Origin: Clostridia bacterium
GTDB lineage: Bacteria; Bacillota; Clostridia; TANB77; CAG-508
Direction of reading: 5' to 3'
DNA length: 53,336 bases
Assembly (NCBI GenBank): GCA_051891435.1
Contig: JBJFFE010000030.1
Location: 1-53,336, forward strand
Shown: one piece after another, positions 10,371 through 20,681 of the stretch
Layout: each line of letters begins with the position of its first letter
Position numbering within the stretch: the first letter of the stretch is position 1
Notes under the pieces: generated by a model
What the model was told of the DNA's origin: nothing
Database searches by the model: none
What the model saw: only the letters and a program-made list of their open reading frames with translations
Program-made: the position numbers and the translations under genes

Positions 10371-12329
10371 TTAATTTATTGTTATTTCTGTTTGTGTGTT
10401 TAAATTGAATTCTTGTGTTCTTTTTGTGCTTCCATCTATTATTACTTTTACAACAACTGTTCCTCTTCCACTAATTGTAACTTTAACATTTGTTGTGTCT
10501 TTTTTTACTGTTTTTGATTCTACTTGTTCTCCATCTACAGTTACTTTTAATTCTACTGTTCCAGGTTCTTTTGTTATTGTTTCACCATTTTCGTTTTCCT
10601 CTGTTTCTGGCTTATATCCTGTTATAGATGCTACATTTATGTTTATTGTTCCTGTTTTTAATTCACTATAAGTATTTATTGTAATAGATACTTCTGTGTC
10701 TTTATCTACCATACTTTTTGGAGATAATGTTTGTGCCACTACTCCTGCACCTTTACTTGAATCTGATATAGTACTTGTGCTTTTCCATTTTAGTTTAGCA
10801 TTTGTTAATGCTTGTTTTGCTGCTTCTTCTGTCATTCCTGTTAAATCTGGAACTTCTACCTGTTCTATTCCTAAGCTTACTTTTAATGTTATAGTGCTTC
10901 CTGCAAGTATTTCTTCATTTTCTGCAATATCTTGTTCTATTACATAATTTTTTTCTACTTTATCATCATATTCTTCTTCAATTTCTGCAATTAGTCCTAT
11001 TTCTTTTAATTCTTTAACTGCTTCATCTTTTTGCTTTCCTACAACTTTTATTACTTTTACAAGTTCTTGACCCTTACTTATAACTAGTTTTACTGTTGAG
11101 CCTTCTTTCACTTTATACTCTTTTTGGTAAGGTGGTTCTTGGCTAATGATTTTTCCCTCTTCTACTTCTACATGAAATGCTTCTTCAGTTTCTAATTTTA
11201 AGCCTGCCTCGCTTGCAGCAATTTTTGCTTCTTCTAAAGTCATTCCAACAAAATCTGGAAGTTCTACATCTTTTACTTTACCTGCATTTAGCACAGCTAA
11301 TGTTATTACTACTGCTAAAATAAACACTAATACACAAGAAAGTAATATTGCCATCCATTTTTGCACTGGATGTTCTTCGAAATGTTTTTTTATTTTTTCT
11401 ATTTTTCCTTCTTTTTTATGTTTTTCTTCTGTTCCATAATTTAAAGAAATTCTTTTAGTTGCAAATTCGTCTATATCTGAATTTTCTTTTACAAAACTAC
11501 CTGTTTCATCCTTTAAACACATTTCTAAATCATTAATCATTTCTGTTGCAGTTTGGTATCTCATGTTTGGATCTTTTTGCATTGCTTTTAATATTATTTT
11601 ATTTAAGCTCATTGGTATTGTAGAATTTAAAACTCTTGGCTCTACTGGTTCTTCTTGCATATGTTTTAAGGCTACTGATACTGGTGTATCTGCATCAAAA
11701 GGTACTCTTCCTGTTACCATTTCATACATTACAACTCCTAAAGAATATAAGTCTGATTTTTGATCTGTACGGCTACCTTTCGCATGTTCTGGTGAGAAAT
11801 AATGTACTGACCCAGTTGTTGCTCCAAAAGCTGTAATTGTTGAATTTGAGACTGCTTTAGCAATTCCGAAATCTGTAACTTTTGCTGTTCCATCTTCAGT
11901 AATAATAATATTATGTGGTTTAATATCTCTATGAATAATATTATTTTTATGGGCTTTTTCCAATCCTCTTGCAATTTGAATTGACAAATTTACTGCCCAT
12001 TTCCAAGGTAGTTTTCCTTCTTCTACTATTATTTCTTTTAAAGTTTTACCTTTTACAAGCTCCATAACTATATAATATAGATTTCCTTCATGTCCTACGT
12101 CATATACAGATACAATATTAGGATGTGTTAAACTTGCTGCAGATTCTGCTTCTGCATTAAACCTTTTTATAAATTCATTATCTGTTGTAAATTCATCTCT
12201 TAGAATTTTTACAGCTACATCTCTTTTTAATACATGACATTTTGCCCTATAAACTGTTGCCATTCCTCCTGTACCAATCTTTTCTATTATCTCATATCTA
12301 TTTCCAAGAATTTTACCTTCTAATTTCAT
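10371..12329 (-). CDS. prkC: Ser/Thr protein kinase with PASTA repeats
   Basis: 652 aa. Hanks kinase motifs (GTGGMATVY, HRDIKPHN, DFG), a single TM segment, then three PASTA-like repeats and a C-terminal beta-rich domain. Confidence 0.93.
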   Translation of the reverse strand: MKLEGKILGNRYEIIEKIGTGGMATVYRAKCHVLKRDVAVKILRDEFTTDNEFIKRFNAEAESAASLTHPNIVSVYDVGHEGNLYYIVMELVKGKTLKEIIVEEGKLPWKWAVNLSIQIARGLEKAHKNNIIHRDIKPHNIIITEDGTAKVTDFGIAKAVSNSTITAFGATTGSVHYFSPEHAKGSRTDQKSDLYSLGVVMYEMVTGRVPFDADTPVSVALKHMQEEPVEPRVLNSTIPMSLNKIILKAMQKDPNMRYQTATEMINDLEMCLKDETGSFVKENSDIDEFATKRISLNYGTEEKHKKEGKIEKIKKHFEEHPVQKWMAILLSCVLVFILAVVITLAVLNAGKVKDVELPDFVGMTLEEAKIAASEAGLKLETEEAFHVEVEEGKIISQEPPYQKEYKVKEGSTVKLVISKGQELVKVIKVVGKQKDEAVKELKEIGLIAEIEEEYDDKVEKNYVIEQDIAENEEILAGSTITLKVSLGIEQVEVPDLTGMTEEAAKQALTNAKLKWKSTSTISDSSKGAGVVAQTLSPKSMVDKDTEVSITINTYSELKTGTININVASITGYKPETEENENGETITKEPGTVELKVTVDGEQVESKTVKKDTTNVKVTISGRGTVVVKVIIDGSTKRTQEFNLNTQTEITIN

Positions 12330-12343
12330 TTTTTACCTCCAAA

Positions 12344-13066
12344 TTAATTTTTTAAAATAATAAGAGTTATATTGTCTAGCCCACCATTATTATTCGCTTC
12401 ATTTATCAAATTTTGAGCCGCATTTTCTAAATTATTATTTATTGTATTATAAATTTGTTCTTCTGATACCATATTTGTTAATCCATCTGAGCAAATTAAA
12501 ATTATATCATCTTTTATAAAACCTTTTACCATTACATCTACTTCTACAGTTTCTTCACATCCTAATGCCTTTATAAGCATATTCTTCTTTGGATGATGCT
12601 CGGCTTCTTCTTTAGTTATGGTTCCATCTTCTACTAATGTTTGCACATAACTATGGTCTTTAGTTAATTTTCTCATTATCCCTTTTCTTAGTCTATATAC
12701 TCTGCTATCGCCTATATGTCCAATAAAAGCTCTTTCTTTATATATCAAACATACCTCTAAAGTTGTTCCCATTTGCTCTAATTCTTCATTTTCCTTTGCT
12801 TTATGATAGACCTTAGAATTCGCATATGCCATAGCATTTTTTATTATTTCTAAAATTTCCTCTTTTTCATATTGTTTATTTTTATCAAAATGTTCTTTTA
12901 TATATTCAACTACTGAAAGTACAGCAAGACGGCTTGCAATTTCTCCACCAGCATATCCTCCCATTCCATCTGCAAGAACATTTAAAGCTCCATCTTCACT
13001 TATATAATAGTAATCTTGGTTTGTCTTTCTTGCTTTACCTACACTAGTATTTGCAAAGCTCAACAT
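12344..13066 (-). CDS. stp: PP2C-family Ser/Thr phosphatase
   Basis: PP2C motifs (DGMGG, GDSR, SDGL, DN). I placed the start at the internal ATG at 13066, preceded by GAGGTGA. It overlaps the rlmN stop by 7 nt. Confidence 0.9.
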   Translation of the reverse strand: MLSFANTSVGKARKTNQDYYYISEDGALNVLADGMGGYAGGEIASRLAVLSVVEYIKEHFDKNKQYEKEEILEIIKNAMAYANSKVYHKAKENEELEQMGTTLEVCLIYKERAFIGHIGDSRVYRLRKGIMRKLTKDHSYVQTLVEDGTITKEEAEHHPKKNMLIKALGCEETVEVDVMVKGFIKDDIILICSDGLTNMVSEEQIYNTINNNLENAAQNLINEANNNGGLDNITLIILKN

Positions 13067-14094
13067 TTTTTCACCTCTTTTTTTCTTAGTTGTCCACATG
13101 CTGCATCTATATCTGAACCTAATTCTCTTCTAATTGTTGCAACTATTCCATGATTATTTAAATAATCTCTAAATTTCATTATGTTTTCATTTGTACTTTT
13201 GTTAAACTTACCATTATCTATTTTGTTAATTGGAATTAAGTTAACATGGCAAAGCATACCTTTTAATAATTTTACTAACTCTTTTGCATCTTCTAAATTG
13301 TCATTATTTTCTTTTGCTAATGCATATTCAAAAGATATTCTTCTATTTGTTTTTTCAATATAATATTTACAAGCTTTCATCAATTCTTCTATATTATATA
13401 CTTTATTTATTGGCATCATTTCACTTCTTTTTTCATTAGAAGCACTATGCAATGAAATTGATAATGTACACTGTAAATTTTTATCTGCTAATTCATAAAT
13501 TTTAGGAACTATTCCACTTGTTGATATACTAATATGTCTTGCTCCAATATTAATTCCTTTTTGATTATTTATAAGAGTTATTGCTTTTAGAACATTATCG
13601 AAATTATCTAAAGGTTCTCCTATTCCCATAAAAACAACATTTGATATCTTAATTCCAGTATCTCTTTCTATTGCTTGAAGTTGCTCAACAATTTCTCCCG
13701 CCTCTAAACTTCTAGCAAACTTTACTCCTGTTGATGCACAAAATTTACATCCCATTTTGCATCCTACTTGTGAAGATACACAAATTGTATGTCCATGTTT
13801 ATATTCCATAAGAACAGATTCTATGGCATTTCCGTCCAAAATATCAAAAAGATATTTTTTAGTTCCATCTTTTGATTCTTGTTTTGTAATTATTTTAAAT
13901 ATGTGTAAATCAAATTTCTCCTTTAATTTTTCTCTTAAAGTTTGTGGCAAATTTACCATGTCATCAAAACTTGTAACATTTTCTTTATATATCCAATTAA
14001 ATATTTGCTCTGCTCTATATTTCTTTTCTCCTAAATCTTCTACTATTTTTTGCAATTCTCCTAAATTGTAATTTTTTATATTATCTTTTAGCAT
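13060..14094 (-). CDS. rlmN: 23S rRNA/tRNA (adenine-C2)-methyltransferase, radical SAM
   Basis: 344 aa. Radical-SAM cluster CKMGCKFCAS and a conserved C-terminal CGQL. Typical rlmN-stp-prkC gene order. Confidence 0.94.
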   Translation of the reverse strand: MLKDNIKNYNLGELQKIVEDLGEKKYRAEQIFNWIYKENVTSFDDMVNLPQTLREKLKEKFDLHIFKIITKQESKDGTKKYLFDILDGNAIESVLMEYKHGHTICVSSQVGCKMGCKFCASTGVKFARSLEAGEIVEQLQAIERDTGIKISNVVFMGIGEPLDNFDNVLKAITLINNQKGINIGARHISISTSGIVPKIYELADKNLQCTLSISLHSASNEKRSEMMPINKVYNIEELMKACKYYIEKTNRRISFEYALAKENNDNLEDAKELVKLLKGMLCHVNLIPINKIDNGKFNKSTNENIMKFRDYLNNHGIVATIRRELGSDIDAACGQLRKKEVKKC

Positions 14095-14163
14095 AATTCT
14101 TCCTTCTATCTAATTTTACGTTTATTATTTTATCATAATAGTATTTATATTACAAGAAAAAAT

Positions 14164-14194
14164 AATAAAAAAAAAGAACTGTTTTTACAGCTCT
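14164..14194 (-). terminator. rho-independent terminator
   Basis: On the minus strand, hairpin AGAGCTG-TAAAAA-CAGTTCT followed by a long T-run. It begins 2 nt after the +1-extended stop of the metallophosphoesterase gene. Confidence 0.7.
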
Positions 14195-14196
14195 TT

Positions 14197-14893
14197 CTAA
14201 ATTTTTATGAGTTCAAATCCAGTATAATCACAACTGACTAGCTTTATATCTATTCCTTTATATTCTCCGGTTGAATGCTTCTTTTTGTGCTTCTAATCCA
14301 TGTATATGACCATATATACATTTTTTTACATTATATTTTTTCATTGTTTCTATAAAGCTTAATTCTTGCTTTTCATAACTATTAAATGGTGGATAGTGCA
14401 TACATACTATTATTTCTTTGTCTTTTCCATATTGTTCTACACCATTTTTTAAAGACATTTCTAGTCTTAAAATTTCTCTTTTTATTATTTTTTCTGGTTT
14501 TTCTTCTTGTTCAGACCAGCCTCTTGTTCCTACTATTATCTTGTTTTCGCAAAGATAACTATTATTATATATAAAGTCTATATTTTTAAGTCCGTTTTCT
14601 TTTAGATATGCTCTCATTTTTGTAAGGGTTGTCCACCAATAATCATGATTTCCTTTTAATAGTATTTTTTTCCCTGGAAGGCAATTTAAATATTCAAAGT
14701 CTTTATATGTGTCTTCTAAATACATTGCCCACGAAAAGTCTCCTGGCATTAATACCCAGTCGCTTTCTTTTACTTTTTTTTGCCAGTCTTTTTTTATTTT
14801 TTCTTCATGGTTTGTCCAGTTTTCACCAAATATGTTCATTGGTTTGCTTTCGCCAAATGACAAATGTAGGTCTGAAATTGCAAATATCGCCAT
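14197..14893 (-). CDS. metallophosphoesterase. The C-terminus is reached only by a +1 shift at an in-frame CGG (the conventional ORF ends at 14258).
   Basis: Calcineurin-like motifs DLH, GDF, GNHD and GHIHG. In the zero frame the sequence is AAC CGG AGA ATA TAA. A +1 shift at the CGG (14267..14269) gives N-GEYKGIDIKLVSCDYTGFELIKI and stops right before the terminator. Confidence 0.8.
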
Positions 14894-14896
14894 ATA

Positions 14897-15910
14897 TTAT
14901 CCTCCGATTTTTAGGTTGGGTATTGCGTTTAATTTTAAGTCCGATATTTTCCCTTCAATGTAATTGTAGTATCCTGCTGATGCTATCATTGCTGCATTGT
15001 CTGTACATAATTTTAGTTCTGGGAAATACACTTCCAATTTTTCTTCTTTTCCAATTTTTTGAAATTGTTCTCTAATATATGAGTTTGCTGATACTCCCCC
15101 TGCAAGTACTACTTTATTTATTTTTTGTTCATTGTTTTGGTTTATTTGTTTTATTGCATTTATTGTATTATGTGTAAGCATTTCAGTTGCAACTTTTTCA
15201 AAACTTGCGCAAAGGTCTGCTTTATTTATTTCTGGATTTTTGTGTTGTAAATTTATAACTGCTGTTTTTATTCCGCTAAAGCTAAAGTCTAAATTCTCTA
15301 TATTTGCTTTTGGTAAATCAATTGAAGGAATTCCTTCTTTTGCTTTTTTTTCTACTTTTGGTCCTCCTGGGTATCCAAGTCCTACTACTCTTGCGACTTT
15401 ATCAAATGCTTCTCCAATTGCATCATCTCTTGTTTTCCCTATTATTTCAAAATCACAGTAGTCTTTAACATGTACTAAATGTGTGTGTCCTCCTGATATT
15501 ATTAAACATAAAAACGGAGGTTTAAGATTTTCGTATGTTATATAGTTTGCTGCAATGTGCCCTTCTATATGGTTTACTCCTACTAATGGTTTATTTAATG
15601 CATATGCTAGCCCTTTTGCATAAGATACTCCTACAAGTAAGGCTCCAACTAGTCCCGGTCCATATGTACATGATATTACATCTATATCATTAAAAGTCAT
15701 TTTTGCTTCTTTTAGTGCTTGTTTAGTCACTTGGTTTATTACCTCTGTATGGCATCTTGATGCTATTTCTGGTACAACTCCTCCATACATTGTATGTATA
15801 TCTATTTGTGAATTTATTATGTTTGATAGAACTTTTCTGCCATTTATTACAATTGATACTGATGTTTCGTCACAGCTTGATTCTATTCCTAATACTACTA
15901 TTTCTTTCAT
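14897..15910 (-). CDS. tsaD: tRNA N6-adenosine threonylcarbamoyltransferase
   Basis: [11 protein letters not shown]-terminus and a Kae1/TsaD family sequence throughout. I placed the start at the ATG at 15910, preceded by AGGAGA. The ORF-track extension runs into repeat A3. Confidence 0.94.
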   Translation of the reverse strand: MKEIVVLGIESSCDETSVSIVINGRKVLSNIINSQIDIHTMYGGVVPEIASRCHTEVINQVTKQALKEAKMTFNDIDVISCTYGPGLVGALLVGVSYAKGLAYALNKPLVGVNHIEGHIAANYITYENLKPPFLCLIISGGHTHLVHVKDYCDFEIIGKTRDDAIGEAFDKVARVVGLGYPGGPKVEKKAKEGIPSIDLPKANIENLDFSFSGIKTAVINLQHKNPEINKADLCASFEKVATEMLTHNTINAIKQINQNNEQKINKVVLAGGVSANSYIREQFQKIGKEEKLEVYFPELKLCTDNAAMIASAGYYNYIEGKISDLKLNAIPNLKIGG

Positions 15911-15935
15911 TTTTTCTCCTATATGCTTTTGCAAT

Positions 15936-16039
15936 CCGCCCAATCTCGTCGGAGTTTGATTTTTCTTTTTTCAGGCTCCTCTAAGTAATCCCTACTCAGA
16001 TTCTCCTAAAAAAAGAAAAATGAAACTCCTGCGTTGGGC
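15936..16039. repeat. family A repeat, short variant (copy 3)
   Basis: The termini CCGCCCAATCTCGTCGGAGTTT ... AAACTCCTGCGTTGGGC match the ends of copies at 21..166 and 33342..33487. The internal part is different and AT-richer. Confidence 0.65.
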
Positions 16040-16071
16040 TGTCTAATTATAAAATTATTTAATATTGTAAA

Positions 16072-16815
16072 TTACATAAAAATAGATACTATTTTATATG
16101 CTAACCAAGTTATTCCTGAAAATACTCCAGAAAATATTGGTGATAGTAAGCTTGAAAGTAATCCTGTTATCCAAAGTATTAAAAATGCTATATAGAATAT
16201 TCTCTCATTGTTATAAAACCATTGTTTTGCGTTGTAACTTAAGAAATGCATTAATACTTTTGATCCATCTAGCGGTGGTAATGGTATTAAGTTAAATACT
16301 CCTAGTCCTATGTTTATTGATATAATTTGTATTATTATAGTGTATAAAACTGAAAGTGTACTTGCACTTAAACCACTTAATACATTTGTTGCAACAAATA
16401 AAATATAATAAATAATTGCAAATACAAATGCTAATATAAAATTCATTATAGGTCCTGCAGCTGCTACTATTGCTTCTGATTTTGAAAGAGAATATTTACC
16501 ATCAAAATTTCTAGGATCTATTTGTACTGGTTTTCCCCATCCAAAACCTGCAACCATAAGAAGGACTAAGCCAATTGGGTCTATATGGCTCAATGGATTT
16601 AGATTAAGTCTTCCTTGTATTTTTGGTGTATCATCACCTAGTTTATATGCTGCTAGTGCATGTGCATATTCGTGAAATGTCATTGCAATTATTACTCCTG
16701 GTAAAGATAGAAGTATTCCTAAAATTCCATTTGTACCTGCTGAAATAATCCATGCAACTAACATTATTGCAATAACGGCTATAATTGCTTTTCTATCAAA
16801 ATTAAAATTAAACAT
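16072..16815 (-). CDS. site-2 protease family (peptidase M50) membrane protein
   Basis: 247 aa polytopic membrane protein with an HEYAHA zinc motif and a downstream LNLIPLPPLDG motif. Confidence 0.88.
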   Translation of the reverse strand: MFNFNFDRKAIIAVIAIMLVAWIISAGTNGILGILLSLPGVIIAMTFHEYAHALAAYKLGDDTPKIQGRLNLNPLSHIDPIGLVLLMVAGFGWGKPVQIDPRNFDGKYSLSKSEAIVAAAGPIMNFILAFVFAIIYYILFVATNVLSGLSASTLSVLYTIIIQIISINIGLGVFNLIPLPPLDGSKVLMHFLSYNAKQWFYNNERIFYIAFLILWITGLLSSLLSPIFSGVFSGITWLAYKIVSIFM

Positions 16816-17317
16816 AAAATCTCCTTTTATAATTTCATTCTTTTTAAGTCAGTGGTGTCATTGAACAATCTTCGAAATCTTCGCAAAAACTTTTCATTTT
16901 TAAGTATTTAACTATTTTGTTTTCTCTCAAAGCGCCTATTCTCAACCTATGTCATTGCATGTATTAAAACTTATTAAATACTTTTTTACTTGCAATATTA
17001 TATCATAATTTTAAAAATAATCAATTATTCTTATTAATATTCTCAAAAAAACTCTGTTATAGTGTCAATGATGTGAAACAAAAATATAAAATAATTTTAA
17101 TCATTATAATTAAATTGCACAGTTAATCATTCCAAACATTTCTAATTCTGCTTTTCCCCTCTTGGTGTTAAGTATTTTATTGTAATACTATTTGATCTTT
17201 TGAAATATCTTTTACCTTGTTTTTACAATATCTCTTTTTTTTATTTGCATATTATACAGCAAAAAAACTAAGGGATTGTATTATAGTGCTTATTATAGGA
17301 TTATGCTATAATATAAA

Positions 17318-17350
17318 AATTAAATAGAGTCTTATAAAGACTCTATTTAA
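17318..17350 (-). terminator. rho-independent terminator of the surface-protein gene
   Basis: Hairpin AATAGAGTCTT-ATAA-AGACTCTATT with a T-run on the minus strand, 13 nt after the stop codon. Confidence 0.7.
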
Positions 17351-17362
17351 AAACATATATTA

Positions 17363-20017
17363 TTATTCATCAATAATTCTTCTTGCTCCAATATAATGCT
17401 CATCAAAATATTGGCCTTCAATTAGTTCAGTTATTTGAACAACATCTCCTGGTTTTGGTGCATGTATAAATTGATTGTTTCCAATGTAAATACCAACATG
17501 TCCTGTTTCTGTATCAAAGAAGACTAAATCTCCAGGTAGTAATTCTTCTCTATCAACAGGAATTCCATCAGCCTGGTCGTATATACATTTTTTCTGGATT
17601 GTATATCCAGCCTTTTGATATACATATTGTACAAATCCCGCACAATCGAATCCTCCATCTTCTGGAGATTTTCCTCCTGCAACATACTTAGTTCCTATGA
17701 AGCTTAATGCAATTTCTACAACATTAGATTTCGCATCTTCTCCACTCTTAATTTCAAAATATAATTCCACTGTGCCTTGATAATTATTTATTCCTTTTAT
17801 TATTGCTTGAGCCGTTCCAATTAAAGTATTGTTTTTATAAGTAACTTCATAATCAGTATCCCTTATTAATTGTTTTTGATTATGTTTAATTGATACATTT
17901 GGTTCACATGCTGTATTTCCATATTTATCTATTCTAAACTCGCAAGCTTTTATCGGTTCAATATAAAGATCATTTATGGTTTTAGGTTCAATTTTAAATT
18001 CTTTTTTAAGTGTTCCTGAATAATTGCCCTTACCTTTAATTATTACCATTGCAGTTCCAGCATTTTTATTATTTTTGTATGTAATAGTATAATCTTTATC
18101 TTCTTTTAATGCTTGTTTATTATCCTTAATTATATATGTTGGTTTTATTTCATTACCCGAATAAACATAATTTGACTGTTTAGTATAAATAGTTAAACTG
18201 CTAATGTCTTTTGCTTTTATTGTAATTTTTATATTTTTGCATCCGTAGTAATTACCTTTTCCTAGTATTTGAATTATTGCGTTTCCTACGTTCGTGCCTC
18301 CATTATAAACTTGATATGTATAATCTATTCCCATTTTCAATGTTTCTTTATTATGCATTATTTTTATTTCAGGTTGAATTAATGATCCAGTATATACATA
18401 TGTAGTTTTAACATTTATTTGTAAATATGCTATATTTTTTTGTTTTATTTCAAAAGTTTTTTGAACTGAACCTTTGTAATTTCCTATACCTGTTATTTTC
18501 ATGGTTGCTGTTCCAACATTTTTATTATTAGTGTATGTAACTGTATACTCTTTATTTAAAACTAGTCTCTTACCATTATGTACTATTGTAGGATTTGGTT
18601 TTATTTCTGATCCAGTATAAATATATGAATTAGAGCAAGCTATTTCTAAAACATTAATTGATTTTTGCGTTATATTAAAATTACATGTTTTGGTACCATT
18701 ATATTTTCCTTTACCATAAATTATTACTTGTCCTGTTCCAGCATTAATATTATTTTTATATACTATTGTGTAATCTGTAGTATTAAGTAATTTTGTTGAG
18801 CCATAGTAAATTGTAACTTTTGGTTCTATTTTAGCACCACTGTATAAAAATGTTTCATTAGATAAGGAAACTTTGCAATTGTTTATATTTATTTTGTTTT
18901 GTCCTGCTGATTTAATTGTTACCTTTCTTGTTGTAGAACCATAGAAATTACCAATACCATATATTTGAATAGTGGCTGTTCCTGGGTTAACACCATTCAA
19001 AACATTATATGTATAATCTGTTCCTTGTTTTAATGTTTTTGAATTATAAGTTATTGTCATATTTGGTTTTATTACACTTCCTGTATACGTATATTCTGTT
19101 TTACTTAGTATTATATTTACTTTTGGGTCTGCAATTGATACTTTAGTAGGCTGTGGTGTAGATGTTTGCTTTTTTATTTCAAAATATGAAATTGCTGTAC
19201 CTTTGTATTTTCCTTTTGCCATTACTATAATCATACCCATTCCAGGTTCTATATTATTTTGATACTCATATACATAATCTACTCCATTTGTTAAAATTTT
19301 TTCTCCGCATTTTACAGTAAATGCTGGTTTAATTTCTCTTCCTGTATATGTCCAATAGTACTGTCTTGTAATAGTTGCATTTTTAAGTGAATATTCATCT
19401 ATTCCTGAATTTGATGAAGATGTTTCTTTTTTTATTTCAAAATAGGCAATAGCTGTATCTTTGTATTTGCCTCTTGGCATCACTATAATCATACCCATTC
19501 CAGGTTCTATATTATTTTGATACTCATATACATAATCTACTCCATTTGTTAAATATTTTCCTCCACATCTCACAGTAAATGCTGGCTTTATTTCTTTTCC
19601 CGTATATGTCCAATAATACTGTCTTGTAATAGTTGCATTTTTAAGAGAATATTCATCTACTTTTGATGATGTTTGTGAATTTGGCGAATCAATATAAAAA
19701 GTTCTTGAAGTTGAACCAATATAGGATTGCCCTGTGGCTTTAACAGTAATTTTTGCTGTCCCTGGATATATATTATTACTATAGCTTATAGTATAATTTG
19801 ATGATGCAACAACAGAACCATCTAAATAAACCGTTACGGGTGGTCTAATTGTCGCTCCTGTATAAGTATAATGTACTTGTGGAATTGATATTCTAGCTCC
19901 AGCTAAATTCTTTTGTTTTGCAACAACTTGGCGTGCTAATACACTTTGTGGACAAATTCCTAAGATTAATACGACAATAAAAAATATAGTTAATGTTTTA
20001 ATGGTTTTTATATTCAT
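17363..20017 (-). CDS. secreted multi-repeat cell-surface protein with a C-terminal NlpC/P60 peptidoglycan endopeptidase domain
   Basis: Signal peptide, then about ten tandem ~80-aa beta-rich repeats (Y-x-YTG-x-IKP ... DY-x-x-x-Y-x-NN-x-N-x-GTA ... G-x-GNY-x-G). C-terminal NlpC/P60 domain (FDCAGFVQYVY ... GHVGIYIG ... FIHAP). The start at 20017 is preceded by GAGGTGA. Confidence 0.88.
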   Translation of the reverse strand: MNIKTIKTLTIFFIVVLILGICPQSVLARQVVAKQKNLAGARISIPQVHYTYTGATIRPPVTVYLDGSVVASSNYTISYSNNIYPGTAKITVKATGQSYIGSTSRTFYIDSPNSQTSSKVDEYSLKNATITRQYYWTYTGKEIKPAFTVRCGGKYLTNGVDYVYEYQNNIEPGMGMIIVMPRGKYKDTAIAYFEIKKETSSSNSGIDEYSLKNATITRQYYWTYTGREIKPAFTVKCGEKILTNGVDYVYEYQNNIEPGMGMIIVMAKGKYKGTAISYFEIKKQTSTPQPTKVSIADPKVNIILSKTEYTYTGSVIKPNMTITYNSKTLKQGTDYTYNVLNGVNPGTATIQIYGIGNFYGSTTRKVTIKSAGQNKININNCKVSLSNETFLYSGAKIEPKVTIYYGSTKLLNTTDYTIVYKNNINAGTGQVIIYGKGKYNGTKTCNFNITQKSINVLEIACSNSYIYTGSEIKPNPTIVHNGKRLVLNKEYTVTYTNNKNVGTATMKITGIGNYKGSVQKTFEIKQKNIAYLQINVKTTYVYTGSLIQPEIKIMHNKETLKMGIDYTYQVYNGGTNVGNAIIQILGKGNYYGCKNIKITIKAKDISSLTIYTKQSNYVYSGNEIKPTYIIKDNKQALKEDKDYTITYKNNKNAGTAMVIIKGKGNYSGTLKKEFKIEPKTINDLYIEPIKACEFRIDKYGNTACEPNVSIKHNQKQLIRDTDYEVTYKNNTLIGTAQAIIKGINNYQGTVELYFEIKSGEDAKSNVVEIALSFIGTKYVAGGKSPEDGGFDCAGFVQYVYQKAGYTIQKKCIYDQADGIPVDREELLPGDLVFFDTETGHVGIYIGNNQFIHAPKPGDVVQITELIEGQYFDEHYIGARRIIDE

Positions 20018-20141
20018 AATAATCACCTCTTTTATTTAAGGTAAAATATCCCTATTTATATTATAGCACAATGATATATTTTATGCAAGGTTCTTTCTAG
20101 TATCTACTTTTTAAAAGATTTTTAATTTTTTTATATTTTTA

Positions 20142-20420
20142 TTATGATATAAAAAACTTTGGAATTCTACTTAAATTTTTATCTTTTCTAATATACATTG
20201 CAATTATAGAAATTTTATCCTTTCCCAAGAGATGAATATTTAATGTTAAAGAATTAACAACTTTAAGTTTTTCTATATATTCAATTTTTTCACTATTTTT
20301 CTTCTGTTTCCCTTTTTCTTCAATCAAGAAATTATCTATAATTTTTATATTATCAACTATTATTTTTAATGTTTCATTTAGTTTTTCTATAGAATTCTTT
20401 ATATGTCCATCATAATTCAA
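20142..20420 (-). CDS. hypothetical protein (92 aa)
   Basis: ORF only. Lys/Ile-rich, no recognisable motif and no convincing SD. Confidence 0.3.
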   Translation of the reverse strand: MNYDGHIKNSIEKLNETLKIIVDNIKIIDNFLIEEKGKQKKNSEKIEYIEKLKVVNSLTLNIHLLGKDKISIIAMYIRKDKNLSRIPKFFIS

Positions 20421-20464
20421 ATTTTCGACATTTTTTATCGACTATTAGTTAAATTTGATTGAAA

Positions 20465-20498
20465 ACAAAAAAACCTAATATTTCTATTAGGTTTTTTT
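20465..20498 (-). terminator. bidirectional rho-independent terminator downstream of lysS
   Basis: Hairpin CCTAATA-TTTC-TATTAGG flanked by an A-run and a T-run. Confidence 0.7.
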
Positions 20499-20681
20499 AC
20501 AACTATTATTATATTAATATCTCAGAAAGTCTTAATAATATGATTTTTTTCACTTATTTTACACCTACTGGAATAATTTATTAAAATTTATTATTTTTTC
20601 TTATAATCTTATGTTCTTTAAAACTGTTGGTATAAGTGTTTTTTTATCGTTATTAAAATTCATTGAATTTTGGTAAATGTT

